Shown here: positions 8,844 to 18,501 of the stretch, piece by piece
How positions within the stretch are numbered: the stretch's first letter is position 1
Layout of the letters: every line of letters begins with the position of its first letter
NCBI GenBank assembly: GCA_900557045.1
Contig: USQY01000003.1
Location: forward strand, 1 to 56,840
Source of the DNA: an uncultured Clostridium sp.
Lineage (GTDB): Bacteria > Bacillota > Clostridia > TANB77 > CAG-508
Direction: 5' to 3'
DNA length: 56,840 nt
Position numbers and translations under genes: made by a program
The notes under the pieces: model-generated
The model's database searches: none
The model's input: the letters and a program-made list of their open reading frames with translations, nothing else
Told to the model about the DNA's origin: nothing

Positions 8844-9281
8844 TTAACTCTCTAAATCAATAGTAACAGGGCCATCATTCAATAAGCTTACTTTCATATC
8901 TGCACCAAATACTCCAGATTGCACATTTCCTAATTCACTTTTAACTAGTTTTTTAACATATTCATATAATTCATTTGCTTTTTCTGGTCTAGCTGCTTGC
9001 ATAAAACTTGGTCTATTTCCTTTTTTACAATCTGCATATAAAGTAAATTGTGACACTACTAAAATTTCTCCTTTTATATCCTTAATACTAATATTCATTT
9101 TTCCGTTATTATCCGCAAAAATTCTCATATTACATATCTTATTTATCAAATATTCTGCATCTTGTGTATTATCACTTTCTTTTACTCCTAATAAAACTAA
9201 AAGCCCTTTATCTATTTTTCCGACAGTTTTTCCTTCTACTTCAACATTAGCAAATTTTACCCTTTGTATTATTGCCTTCAA
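8844..9281 (-). CDS. dtd: D-aminoacyl-tRNA deacylase
   Basis: (M)[16 protein letters not shown]...GLLVLLGV...SQFTLYAD...RPSF. I moved the start to the TTG codon 6 nt after a GGGAGGA ribosome-binding site, giving a typical ~146 aa. Confidence 0.88.
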   Translation of the reverse strand: MKAIIQRVKFANVEVEGKTVGKIDKGLLVLLGVKESDNTQDAEYLINKICNMRIFADNNGKMNISIKDIKGEILVVSQFTLYADCKKGNRPSFMQAARPEKANELYEYVKKLVKSELGNVQSGVFGADMKVSLLNDGPVTIDLES

Positions 9282-9376
9282 TATTATTCCTCCCATTAAA
9301 TACATTTACAATTTATTCAATTTTTTTATAAAATTTACATTTTATTAATTAAACAGTAGTCATATTACGCTGATAG

Positions 9377-9416
9377 CTGATAAGTGATGGCAAATATTTT
9401 TGCCATCACTTATCAG
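9377..9416. other. Perfect 16-bp inverted repeat just downstream of hpf
   Basis: CTGATAAGTGATGGCA / TGCCATCACTTATCAG with an 8-nt loop. No U-tract follows on the minus strand, so it is not a canonical intrinsic terminator. Confidence 0.5.
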
Positions 9417-9427
9417 TAATATATTTT

Positions 9428-9964
9428 CTAAGCTTCTGGTTCTACTAAACCGAAATTTCTACCATCTTTTAATTTAAATATAACATTTACTTTTCCTGTA
9501 TCTATATTAACAAATACTAAAAATCTATCTTGTTTTTTCTCTGATAATACTAATTTTGCATCTTCAGCAGACATTGGTTTTAATTCATAATATGAAGTTT
9601 TTAATATTTCATTTTCAACTTTATGATCTTCTACACCAAATCTAATATCTTCTTTAGCTTTTATTGAGCCACTCATGTTTTGTTTTTCTTTTTTAGCCTT
9701 TGTTTTTCTAATTTGACCTTCCATAATATCTATATCTTTATCTATTGATGCATATAAGTCCTTATTTTCAGCTACAGCTCTATAAATGTCTCCGTTTATT
9801 GCTGCGCTTAACTCTGCAACTTGATTAATACCTTCTGTTTTAATTGTTACTTGTACATCAATTTCATCTTCTGAATATTTTTGTAATCTTTCACATTTTT
9901 TCTCTAAGTATTCTTTAATTGCTTCTGTTGCTTTTAAATCCTTTCCTGTTATTTTTATTTTCAT
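9428..9964 (-). CDS. hpf: Ribosome hibernation promoting factor, long form
   Basis: MKIKITGKDLKATEAIKEYLEKK at the N-terminus. The C-terminal dimerisation domain shows MSAEDA...FLVFVN...G.VNVIFK..DG.FGLVEPE. Confidence 0.9.
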   Translation of the reverse strand: MKIKITGKDLKATEAIKEYLEKKCERLQKYSEDEIDVQVTIKTEGINQVAELSAAINGDIYRAVAENKDLYASIDKDIDIMEGQIRKTKAKKEKQNMSGSIKAKEDIRFGVEDHKVENEILKTSYYELKPMSAEDAKLVLSEKKQDRFLVFVNIDTGKVNVIFKLKDGRNFGLVEPEA

Positions 9965-10094
9965 AAAAACCACTCCTCTTCTTGTTAGTCTCTCTTTTGT
10001 TATAACTTACGTTATTAAATTAATTATATATGTTTTTTTTTATTTTTTCAACCTTTTAAGCGATTTTTCAAAATAATTTTTTTGCAGCTACCCC

Positions 10095-10123
10095 TTGCAA
10101 AATACATTTTTTTGTGTTAGAAT
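10095..10123 (+). promoter_or_regulatory. Candidate sigma-A promoter of rpsT
   Basis: TTGCAA, a 17-nt spacer ending in TGT, then TAGAAT. It lies ~45 nt upstream of the rpsT start. Confidence 0.55.
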
Positions 10124-10166
10124 ATTGTTTGTTATAAATTACTAACAATTGAACGGAGGTGCAAAA

Positions 10167-10433
10167 ATGCCAAATATTAAATCAGCAATTAAACGTGTTA
10201 ATGTTATTGAAAAGAAAACATTACGTAATAATATGATTAAATCTGGATATAAATCAGCAGTTAAAAAATTTGAACAAGCTGTTGAAGCTGGTAATGTTGA
10301 AGAAGCTACAACATTAATGTCTCAAGCTACTAAAAAAATTGATCAAGCTTGTAGTAAAGGTGTTATAGTAAAAAATACAGCTGCTAGAAAAAAATCTAAT
10401 TTAGCAAAAAAATTAAATGCAATGAATGCATAA
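10167..10433 (+). CDS. rpsT: 30S ribosomal protein S20
   Basis: [11 protein letters not shown]... with a GGAGGT ribosome-binding site 7 nt upstream. The TTG start at 10149 in the ORF track is an upstream artefact. Confidence 0.93.
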   Translation: MPNIKSAIKRVNVIEKKTLRNNMIKSGYKSAVKKFEQAVEAGNVEEATTLMSQATKKIDQACSKGVIVKNTAARKKSNLAKKLNAMNA

Positions 10434-10467
10434 TTTAAAGTAAAAAATTGTGCACAGTTTTTTACGA

Positions 10468-10510
10468 AAAAGCAATCTAAAGTATATTTAGATTGCTTTT
10501 TATTTTTTAT
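10468..10510 (+). terminator. rpsT rho-independent terminator
   Basis: Stem AGCAATCTAAA/TTTAGATTGCT followed by TTTTTATTTTTT. Confidence 0.8.
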
Positions 10511-10545
10511 AATTTTATATTTCATTGTTCTTAGTATTTCACAAT

Positions 10546-10824
10546 TCATCTTGTTTTAATAATATTATTAAATGCATATCCGAATATTACAAATGATATT
10601 AAGAAGAATAAACTAGATTTAAATAAAGATACACCTATATTATATGTACTTGGAATACTACTTCCGCAATATATTGCCAATATAAACACTGCAATCAGAC
10701 AAAAAACGAAAGAAAACTTAATACCGTTTTTCATAATCATATAAATTTTTTTATCTATATCTTTTATATTTTTTAAAACACTTTTAACATTCATATCATC
10801 ATCCTCTTTTCTATGTTTGCTCAC
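10546..10824 (-). CDS. Small hypothetical membrane protein
   Basis: Charged N-terminus followed by two predicted TM helices. No recognisable family. Confidence 0.5.
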   Translation of the reverse strand: MSKHRKEDDDMNVKSVLKNIKDIDKKIYMIMKNGIKFSFVFCLIAVFILAIYCGSSIPSTYNIGVSLFKSSLFFLISFVIFGYAFNNIIKTR

Positions 10825-10951
10825 TCTATATTTATATTATCATATTTTTAGTTACATAATCAAATGTAGTTTTTGGTATAATTACTAAAATGCTCCAAAT
10901 TATAGTCGCCTATAAAATGTGTTGATTACCAAAAGCAACATCCACACTAGC

Positions 10952-10988
10952 AAAAAAATTGCCAAAAAGCTCCATACCTTTTGACAAT
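10952..10988 (-). terminator. gatCAB operon terminator
   Basis: On the minus strand, hairpin ATTGTCAAAAGG...TTTTTGGCAAT followed by TTTTTTT, immediately after the gatB stop. Confidence 0.65.
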
Positions 10989-10997
10989 TTTTTTAAT

Positions 10998-12440
10998 TTA
11001 TTTATTCAATTCTTCAACAAACATTTTATTTAACATTCCTGGATTTGCTTTTCCTTTAGTTTCTTTCATTGCTTGACCTACTAAGAATCCGATAGCTTTA
11101 TCTTTTCCACCTTTATAATCTGCTACAGATTGTGGGTTTGCTGCAATTATTTTTAAAACAACTTCTTTAATAGCTCCTTCATCAGATATTTGAATCCATC
11201 CATTTTCTTTTATTATTACTTCTGGATCTCTTTGATTTTCAAATAATTCTGTAATTACTTTTTTAGCTATTGCTGAGCTTATTGTTCCTTTTTCTATTAA
11301 CTCAACTACTTTTGCAAGTTCTGTAGCACCAAATGGTATTTGGTCTGGTTCCATTTCTTTTTCATTTACAATTCTAGATATATCAGACAATATCCAATTT
11401 GCCACTGCTTTAGCATTTCCACATTTACTTTGAGCTCCTTCAAATAAATCTGATAAATATTTTGATGCTGTTAAAAGATTTGCATCTTTTTCAGATAGCC
11501 CAAATTCTCCCATATATCTTGCTCTTCTGCTTTCTGGTAGTTCTGGTAAACTATTTTTTACATTTTCTATATATTCTTCAGATAATCTAATTGCAACTAG
11601 GTCTGGGTCTGGGAAATATCTATAATCTTGTGCATCCTCTTTATCTCTCATTTGGAATGTTTTTCCAGATACATCATCCCATCTTAAGGTAGTTTGTTCT
11701 ACATTTCCACCTTCTTCTATTAAATCAATTTGTCTTGCTGCTTCATATTCTATTGCTCTAACTATTGATCTGAAAGAGTTCATATTTTTCATTTCTGTAC
11801 GTGTACCGAATTCTGTTGTTCCTTTTTTTCTAACTGAAACATTAACATCAGCACGTAATGAACCTTCTTGCATTTTACAGTCTGATACTTCTATATATTC
11901 AAGTATTGATTTTATTTTTCTCAAATATTGTTCTGCTTCTTTAGAACTGCGTAAATCTGGCTCTGAAACTATTTCTATTAATGGTACCCCTGCTCTGTTT
12001 AAATCTACAAGACTACCTTGTCCAAATTCATTATGATTTAATTTTCCTGCATCTTCTTCTATATGGATTCTTGTTAATCTTATTTTCTTTTTGTTACCTT
12101 CATCATCTTCTATTTCAACATATCCGTGTTCACATAAAGGCTTATCAAATTGAGATATTTGGTATGCTTTTGGTAAATCTGGGTAAAAATAATTTTTTCT
12201 GTCATTCTTACTATCTCTTGATATTTCACAGTTTGTTGCTAAACCTGCTTTTACTGCATATTCAACAACTTTTTCATTTAAAACTGGAAGTGTTCCTGGC
12301 ATTGCCATACAAATTGGGCAACAATGTGTATTAGGTTCACCACCAAATTCTGTAGGACATGAACAAAATATTTTTGTTTTTGTACTAAGTTCAGCATGTA
12401 CTTCCAGTCCCATTACTATTTCATAATCACTTCTTGACAT
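10998..12440 (-). CDS. gatB: Asp/Glu-tRNA(Asn/Gln) amidotransferase subunit B
   Basis: YEIVMGLEVHAEL.T.TKIFC, RIHIEEDAGK, and DLNRAGVPLIEIVSEPD. The C-terminus carries a YqeY-like tail. Confidence 0.95.
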   Translation of the reverse strand: MSRSDYEIVMGLEVHAELSTKTKIFCSCPTEFGGEPNTHCCPICMAMPGTLPVLNEKVVEYAVKAGLATNCEISRDSKNDRKNYFYPDLPKAYQISQFDKPLCEHGYVEIEDDEGNKKKIRLTRIHIEEDAGKLNHNEFGQGSLVDLNRAGVPLIEIVSEPDLRSSKEAEQYLRKIKSILEYIEVSDCKMQEGSLRADVNVSVRKKGTTEFGTRTEMKNMNSFRSIVRAIEYEAARQIDLIEEGGNVEQTTLRWDDVSGKTFQMRDKEDAQDYRYFPDPDLVAIRLSEEYIENVKNSLPELPESRRARYMGEFGLSEKDANLLTASKYLSDLFEGAQSKCGNAKAVANWILSDISRIVNEKEMEPDQIPFGATELAKVVELIEKGTISSAIAKKVITELFENQRDPEVIIKENGWIQISDEGAIKEVVLKIIAANPQSVADYKGGKDKAIGFLVGQAMKETKGKANPGMLNKMFVEELNK

Positions 12441-12604
12441 GTGTTTATCATTCCTTTCATAAATTTTTTTGTTTACAGTATTGTTTTCTTTTCTATATTA
12501 TTTTGTTTTCAATATTTTAGGTTTGCAGTGTTTATTATGTTTTCAGCATATGTTTTATTTACAGTATTTCTATTACAGTGTTTGCCTTATTTATAATATT
12601 TGCC

Positions 12605-14074
12605 TTATTTACAAAAACTAGGTTTGTAATTTTCTCTGAATTTTGTTGCTTGTTCATATGTATATGCTGCATTTAAAATTTTGCCTTCTTCAAATCTATT
12701 TCCTATTAATTGCATACCAATTGGCATTCCTTTACTATCTACACCACAAGGTACTGAAATACCTGGTAACCCAGCAATATTTACTGAAACAGTACATATA
12801 TCTGCCAAATACATTTCTAGTGGATTATTTGATCTTGTACCAACTTCAAATGCTACTGTTGGTGATGTTGGTGTTAATATAACATCATATTTTTCAAAAG
12901 CTTTATTAAATTTCTCTTTTACTAGTGTACGAACTTGTTGTGCTTTTTTATAGTATGCATCATAATACCCCGAACTTAAAACATATGTACCAAGAATGAT
13001 TCTTCTTTTTACTTCTGCTCCAAATCCTTCGCTTCTTGAATTTATATATATATCTTTTAAATTTTCATAATTTTTAGTTCTATATCCATAACGGATTCCA
13101 TCAAATCTACCTAAATTTGAACTTGCCTCAGCACATGCAATTATGTAGTATGTAGCAAGTGCATATTCAGCTATATCTAGTGAAAATTCTTCTATTTCTG
13201 CACCTAATTCTTTATATTTTTCTATTGCTTCATCTAATTTTTCTTTTACCTCTTTGTTTATACCCTCAGCAAAAAATTCTTTTGGGATACCTATTTTTAA
13301 TCCTTTTACATCATTTTTTAATGCTTTTGTATAATCTGTTTTTGGCATATCTAAAGATGTTGTATCTTTTTCATCATGTCCTACTAATAAATTTAGTAAA
13401 ATTGCACTATCTGTAACATCTTTTGTTATTGGTCCTATTTGATCTAATGATGATGCAAATGCAACTAAACCATATCTTGATACTAAACCATATGTTGGTT
13501 TTAATCCTACTACACCGCAGAATGATGCAGGTTGACGAATTGAACCACCTGTATCACTACCTAGTGCCCATGGTACTAAATTTGCTGCTACTGCTGCAGC
13601 AGATCCACCTGATGAACCACCTGGTACAGTATTTAAATTCCATGGATTACGTGTTTTTGCTAATGCAGAGTATTCTGTTGAAGCTCCCATTGCAAACTCA
13701 TCCATATTTAATTTTCCTAGATTTATCATTCCTTCTTTATTTAGTTTTTCAACAACTGTTGCATCATATGGTGCAACAAAGTTTTCTAGCATTTTAGAAG
13801 CACATGTAGTTTTTACACCTTTTGTACACATATTATCTTTTATTCCTATTGGGATACCTGCTAATTCTGAAGTTAATTCTCCATTATTTACTTTTTCTTC
13901 AATCTCTTTTGATTTTTCTATAGCTTCATCAGTTAAAGTTGTTATAAAGCTATTTACATCTTTTTCTTTCTCATTAATTCTATCTACATAAGCTTTTGTT
14001 ATTTGGCTTATTGTTAATTCTTTATTTTTAATTTTTTCTTGCAATTCATGTACTGTTAATTCTGTAATTTCCAT
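12605..14074 (-). CDS. gatA: Asp/Glu-tRNA(Asn/Gln) amidotransferase subunit A
   Basis: Amidase signature [13 protein letters not shown]...[16 protein letters not shown]. Confidence 0.95.
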   Translation of the reverse strand: MEITELTVHELQEKIKNKELTISQITKAYVDRINEKEKDVNSFITTLTDEAIEKSKEIEEKVNNGELTSELAGIPIGIKDNMCTKGVKTTCASKMLENFVAPYDATVVEKLNKEGMINLGKLNMDEFAMGASTEYSALAKTRNPWNLNTVPGGSSGGSAAAVAANLVPWALGSDTGGSIRQPASFCGVVGLKPTYGLVSRYGLVAFASSLDQIGPITKDVTDSAILLNLLVGHDEKDTTSLDMPKTDYTKALKNDVKGLKIGIPKEFFAEGINKEVKEKLDEAIEKYKELGAEIEEFSLDIAEYALATYYIIACAEASSNLGRFDGIRYGYRTKNYENLKDIYINSRSEGFGAEVKRRIILGTYVLSSGYYDAYYKKAQQVRTLVKEKFNKAFEKYDVILTPTSPTVAFEVGTRSNNPLEMYLADICTVSVNIAGLPGISVPCGVDSKGMPIGMQLIGNRFEEGKILNAAYTYEQATKFRENYKPSFCK

Positions 14075-14094
14075 TATTTATTTCCTCCAATCAA

Positions 14095-14379
14095 TTAAAT
14101 TACCTTAGGAATTTTAAACATTCCTCTTTCTTGTTCTGGAGCATTTTGTAATAAAGCATCTCTATCTCCAAAATTTTTAACCTCATCTTTTCTAAATACA
14201 TTGTAGTTATCATTTGCACCTATTGTTTCATTCAAACCTTCAACTGGTGCATTGTTTACAATATTAGCAAAATTTAATATATCTTGTAAGTGTAATAAAT
14301 ATGTATCAACTTCATCATCCTTAATATTTAAACTTGCAAGTTTAGCAATATGTAAAATTTCCTCTCTTGACACCTTCAT
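14095..14379 (-). CDS. gatC: Asp/Glu-tRNA(Asn/Gln) amidotransferase subunit C
   Basis: MKVSREEILHIAKLASL... with a start ATG 9 nt after a GAGGAG ribosome-binding site. It lies directly upstream of gatA. Confidence 0.88.
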   Translation of the reverse strand: MKVSREEILHIAKLASLNIKDDEVDTYLLHLQDILNFANIVNNAPVEGLNETIGANDNYNVFRKDEVKNFGDRDALLQNAPEQERGMFKIPKVI

Positions 14380-14471
14380 AATATTCAACTCCTCTTTTTG
14401 ATTTTTGTGATTAATTATACCTCTTTTTAGTTAAAAGTACAAGCTTTTAATCCCTTTTAAATAACTTTATT

Positions 14472-15356
14472 TTAATCTTTTTTAACTAATTTTCTTAATT
14501 CTTCTTCTGTAAACAAATATTTCTTATTACAGAAATGACAAATTAGTTCAGCTTTTTTATCTTTTTCAATAATGTCATTTAATTCTTTTTCTCCTAATGC
14601 AATTAAACTTTTTTCAATTTTTTCTTTTGAACAATTACATTTATATTTAGGAACACTATCATCTTCAAAATACATTAAATTTTTATCTCCTGTTACTTCT
14701 TCTGCAATTTCCACTAATTCTTTTCCATCACTAAGCATTTTGCTTATACTATCTGCATTTTTTAATGCCTGTTCTATTTTTTCTATTTCTTCTTCTCCAG
14801 CATCAGGCATTAATGTTAATAAATATCCACCTGCTGATTTCAATCCATCTTTATTAACTAAAACACCAAGTGCAACAACAGTAGGTGTTTGTTCTGATCT
14901 TGCAAAATAATTTGTAAAGTCTTCAGCAATTTCTCCAGATATTATTGGTGTCATTCCTATATATGGCTCTTTTAATCCTATGTCTTTTATAATATATATC
15001 ATTCCTTCGTTTCCAACTGCTTCGCCAACATTTATTTTTCCATTTAGTGGATTTAGTGGTAATTCTAATTGTGGGTTTGATACATATCCTTTTACATTTC
15101 CATTATTATCTGAAACAGCTACTATTTTCCCTATTGGTCCATTTCCTTTTATTTGTGTAGTAATAGTACCTTTTTCTTCTTTCATTTCTTTTCCCATCAA
15201 ACTTGTAATTGTTAGTACCCTTCCTAATGTAGCTGTAGCAGTTGGGCTTAAATCATGTATTTTTCGTGCTTCTTCTACTATATTAGTTGAATTTATACAT
15301 CTTATATTAACTTTTCCGTTGTATGCTAAGCATCTAATTATTTTATCATTTTGCAT
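14472..15356 (-). CDS. hslO: Redox-regulated chaperone Hsp33
   Basis: Length and layout are typical of Hsp33. The C-terminal zinc centre is CNCSKE...CHFCNKKY. Confidence 0.88.
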   Translation of the reverse strand: MQNDKIIRCLAYNGKVNIRCINSTNIVEEARKIHDLSPTATATLGRVLTITSLMGKEMKEEKGTITTQIKGNGPIGKIVAVSDNNGNVKGYVSNPQLELPLNPLNGKINVGEAVGNEGMIYIIKDIGLKEPYIGMTPIISGEIAEDFTNYFARSEQTPTVVALGVLVNKDGLKSAGGYLLTLMPDAGEEEIEKIEQALKNADSISKMLSDGKELVEIAEEVTGDKNLMYFEDDSVPKYKCNCSKEKIEKSLIALGEKELNDIIEKDKKAELICHFCNKKYLFTEEELRKLVKKD

Positions 15357-15503
15357 TTATATCTATCTCCTTGATTTTTATTTTTACTTAGTAAATATAA
15401 CATATTTTGTTGTTTTTAACAAGTTTTTATTTAATATATTGTTTACATTTTCAATAAATTATGTTATCATTATTTTATAATTTTTTAGAAAAGAGGTTTT
15501 ACA

Positions 15504-15944
15504 ATGAAATATTATGCCCTACGGTCTTTGTTAAATGTTTCTTCATTTAATAATTTTGAAAAAAAAAGTTTTATTGTGTCATCATACAATAAAACACAGC
15601 CTACTGACTCGAAGGAAAAAATCTTATCTGATGTAGAATATATGATTTGTAAATTTTACTGGAACGAAATATCTATTGAAGACATTGTAGATGTACTGTA
15701 CGGTCTTAAACATTGTAGATATAAGTTTAGAAAAAAAATCAGAATTCCCGAGGTGCTAATAACTAATTATTTTACATTAGACTTATTTTTGTTAGTATCT
15801 GAAGATAAGCAAAGAATCGTTTTAAACACACTTTTATGTCAAAAAAAATTAAATGAATATGATTGTGCTAAGATTCTAAATGCGTATAAAACTGAAATTT
15901 TAGAAAAAAACAATTCTATAATTTCGCTTTATGACGCTTTATGA
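15504..15944 (+). CDS. Hypothetical protein (orphan)
   Basis: 146-aa ORF preceded by AAAGAGG. No recognisable motif. Confidence 0.5.
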   Translation: MKYYALRSLLNVSSFNNFEKKSFIVSSYNKTQPTDSKEKILSDVEYMICKFYWNEISIEDIVDVLYGLKHCRYKFRKKIRIPEVLITNYFTLDLFLLVSEDKQRIVLNTLLCQKKLNEYDCAKILNAYKTEILEKNNSIISLYDAL

Positions 15945-15955
15945 GAGGTTATAAT

Positions 15956-15994
15956 AAAAGTGACAGAAAATCAATTGATTTTCTGTCACTTTTA
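15956..15994. terminator. Bidirectional terminator between the orphan ORF and aspS
   Basis: Stem AAAAGTGACAGAAAATCA/TGATTTTCTGTCACTTTT with a 3-nt loop. Confidence 0.8.
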
Positions 15995-15997
15995 TTA

Positions 15998-17752
15998 TTA
16001 ATCTCTAACATCAATTTTTATATGAACATCTTCCAATTGACTTCTTGTAACATTTCCTGGGGCTCCCATTAATAAGTCTTGTGCTTTACTATTCATAGGA
16101 AATGCTATAACATCACGAATAACTTCTGAATCTGTTAAAAGCATCATAATTCTATCAATACCAGGTGCAATACCAGCATGTGGTGGGGCACCATATTGGA
16201 ATGCATTATATAATGCAGAGAATTTTTCTTTAATAGTTTCTTCACCATATCCAGCAAGTTCGAATGCTTTTACCATTATTTCTGGGTTATGATTTCTAAC
16301 AGCACCTGAAGCCATTTCATATCCATTACAAACAATATCATATTGATATGCTAATATATCTAATGGATTATCAGAATTTAAAGCTTCTAAACCACCTTGT
16401 GGCATCGAAAACGGATTATGACTAAATGCTAATTTTCTTTCATCATCTAATTCATACATTGGGAAATCTACTATCCAGCAAAATTTAAATACATTATTAT
16501 CTATTAAATCTAATCTTTTTCCAAGTTCATTTCTTATTTGGCAAGCATAATTATTTGCATTAGTTTCATTATCTGCAATAAAGAATATAGTATCATTTAT
16601 TTCAAGTTCTGCCATTTCTTGTAATTCTTGTTTCATATCATCTGGAATAAATTTATCTATTGGTCCTTTGTAACTCAAATCTTCTTGAACCTCTAAATAT
16701 CCTAATCCCCCCATACCAATGCTTTGTGCAAAAGCTAACATTTTCTCATGGAATCCTTTTGATTGATGTCCTTTTATTTTTATTGCACGAACAGTTCTTC
16801 CATGGAAAGGTTTAAATGTACATCTTTGGAAAAATTCTGTTACATCAATAATTATTAGAGGGTTTCTTAAGTCTGGTTTATCACAACCATATTTAAGCAT
16901 TGATTCTCTATATGGAATTCTTGGGAATGGATATTCTGCTATTGTTTTGTTTGAAAATTTAGAAAAAGTTTTATAAATTACATCTTCCATTACATTAAAA
17001 ACATCTTCTTGTGTACTAAAAGACATTTCCATATCTAATTGATAAAATTCACCTGGAGTTCTATCAGCTCTTGCATCTTCATCTCTGAAACATGGAGCTA
17101 TTTGGAAGTATTTATCTATTCCTGAAACCATTAACAATTGTTTAAATTGTTGTGGTGCTTGTGGAAGAGCATAAAATTTTCCTGGATGAACTCTACTTGG
17201 AACTAAATAATCTCTTGCACCTTCTGGTGATGAACTTGTAAGTATTGGTGTTTGAACTTCTAAGAAACCTTTTTCAATCATTTGGCTTCTTAAAAATTGC
17301 AATACTTGTGCTCTTAATATTAAATTATTCTTTAATTTATCACTTCTTAAATCTAAAAATCTATATTGAAGACGTAAGTCTTCTCTAACATCTTGTAGAA
17401 CATTTACTTCAAAAGGTAAATTTTTAGTTCTTTTTCCTAATATTTCAATTTTGCTAATTACAATTTCAACTTCACCTGTTTTAATATTTGGATTACATGT
17501 TTCAGGGTCTCTTTTACGTACAACACCTTCTACACATACAGTTGATTCAATAGGAATATGTGATGCAAAATCAACATCTTCAGATTCACTACTTGAAGTA
17601 ACAACTTGTGTTATTCCATACATATCTCTAATATCTAGAAATACTAATCCACCTAAATCTCTAATTGTTTGCACAAATCCACTAATTTTTACTTGTTTCC
17701 CAACATCTTCTAAACTGATTTCATTACAGTTATGTGTTCTGTATTCATTCAT
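15998..17752 (-). CDS. aspS: Aspartyl-tRNA synthetase, probably non-discriminating
   Basis: Bacterial-type AspRS with the GAD insertion: FLDIRD..G..Q, QSPQ-like QAPQQFKQLLM, FRDEDARADR, and GGLEALN...GIAPGIDR. The presence of gatCAB and the Asn-type T-box suggest a non-discriminating enzyme. Confidence 0.9.
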   Translation of the reverse strand: MNEYRTHNCNEISLEDVGKQVKISGFVQTIRDLGGLVFLDIRDMYGITQVVTSSSESEDVDFASHIPIESTVCVEGVVRKRDPETCNPNIKTGEVEIVISKIEILGKRTKNLPFEVNVLQDVREDLRLQYRFLDLRSDKLKNNLILRAQVLQFLRSQMIEKGFLEVQTPILTSSSPEGARDYLVPSRVHPGKFYALPQAPQQFKQLLMVSGIDKYFQIAPCFRDEDARADRTPGEFYQLDMEMSFSTQEDVFNVMEDVIYKTFSKFSNKTIAEYPFPRIPYRESMLKYGCDKPDLRNPLIIIDVTEFFQRCTFKPFHGRTVRAIKIKGHQSKGFHEKMLAFAQSIGMGGLGYLEVQEDLSYKGPIDKFIPDDMKQELQEMAELEINDTIFFIADNETNANNYACQIRNELGKRLDLIDNNVFKFCWIVDFPMYELDDERKLAFSHNPFSMPQGGLEALNSDNPLDILAYQYDIVCNGYEMASGAVRNHNPEIMVKAFELAGYGEETIKEKFSALYNAFQYGAPPHAGIAPGIDRIMMLLTDSEVIRDVIAFPMNSKAQDLLMGAPGNVTRSQLEDVHIKIDVRD

Positions 17753-17775
17753 TTTTCTTCTTCCTTTCTAAAATC

Positions 17776-17967
17776 AAAAAACGTCCACTACACTTATTAA
17801 TCTCACTTAATAAATGCAGGGACGAAATAAACTTCCGCGGTGCCACCCGGCTTGAAAAAATAAATTTTTCCTCTTTTTTTATATTTTATTGCTCCAATGT
17901 GTTTCACAAGCTATGTTCTTCTAATAAAGGCTTTCAGCGTAACACCTTTAATCTCTTTTAGTAACTT
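17776..17967 (-). promoter_or_regulatory. T-box leader of aspS, probable AAC (Asn) specifier
   Basis: The minus strand carries the T-box motif GGGTGGCACCGCG (17835..17850). A terminator hairpin plus TTTTTT ends at 17776. Stem I has base helix AAGUUA/UAGCUU and an AGAGA motif. The specifier loop UUAGAAG-AAC-A places the codon at 17915..17917. Confidence 0.75.
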
Positions 17968-18014
17968 TTAGTTGTTTTTCATTTTCAATGCAATATTATA
18001 TACATAATATGTAT

Positions 18015-18043
18015 ATTTTACATATTATATGCAAAAAAGTCAA
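18015..18043 (-). promoter_or_regulatory. Candidate sigma-A promoter of the aspS leader
   Basis: On the minus strand: TTGACT, a 17-nt spacer, then TAAAAT. Confidence 0.5.
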
Positions 18044-18137
18044 TAGATATATTAACTTTTTTAAAATTTATTCATTTTTTTATTTTTCATGCATATACTT
18101 ATTGTATGGTTATATTTTACTTAAGGAGGAATTTCTT

Positions 18138-18452
18138 ATGAAAGACACTTTGTCTAATAAGAATGAAGTCAAAACTGATGAAGAGCAAAATCGGGTTCGT
18201 GAAGAGCAGTATTCTATTATTAAAGCTTTATTTTTAGAAGCCTCTAATATTACAGAAGAAACTCCCCAAAGAGAAATCTGTTCTTTACTTTCTAAGACTT
18301 CGAACTACATTTTTAGAGGAAAGAACTACATTTCAGAAGTATGTAAATTGCACTTAAAATTAAGTGATTGCTTAAAAAGTAAATATAATGAACATCCTTC
18401 TGGTTTTGCAGATTTATCCAAGTTTATCTCAGAGTCGAAGTTTTTAGATTAA
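18138..18452 (+). CDS. Hypothetical protein (orphan)
   Basis: I moved the start to the ATG 9 nt after an AAGGAGG ribosome-binding site. The longer ORF from 17988 would run through the aspS promoter region. Confidence 0.5.
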   Translation: MKDTLSNKNEVKTDEEQNRVREEQYSIIKALFLEASNITEETPQREICSLLSKTSNYIFRGKNYISEVCKLHLKLSDCLKSKYNEHPSGFADLSKFISESKFLD

Positions 18453-18462
18453 TAATCAGTAT

Positions 18463-18495
18463 AAAAAGCAGGAGAATTTATCTCCTGTTTTTTAT
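18463..18495. terminator. Bidirectional terminator between the orphan ORF and adhE
   Basis: The sequence AAAAAGCAGGAGAatttaTCTCCTGTTTTTT forms a hairpin with flanking A and T runs. Confidence 0.75.
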
Positions 18496-18501
18496 ATTAA
18501 A

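Noticed and set aside
9377-9416. The hairpin after hpf as a standard intrinsic terminator
   Set aside because: The 16-bp stem is perfect, but no U-tract follows on the transcribed (minus) strand. I kept it only as an inverted repeat of unknown role.
17988-18137. N-terminal 50-codon extension of the ORF at 17988..18452
   Set aside because: The extension covers the aspS leader promoter region and is Tyr/Ile/Phe-rich junk. An ATG with a strong AAGGAGG ribosome-binding site occurs at 18138.
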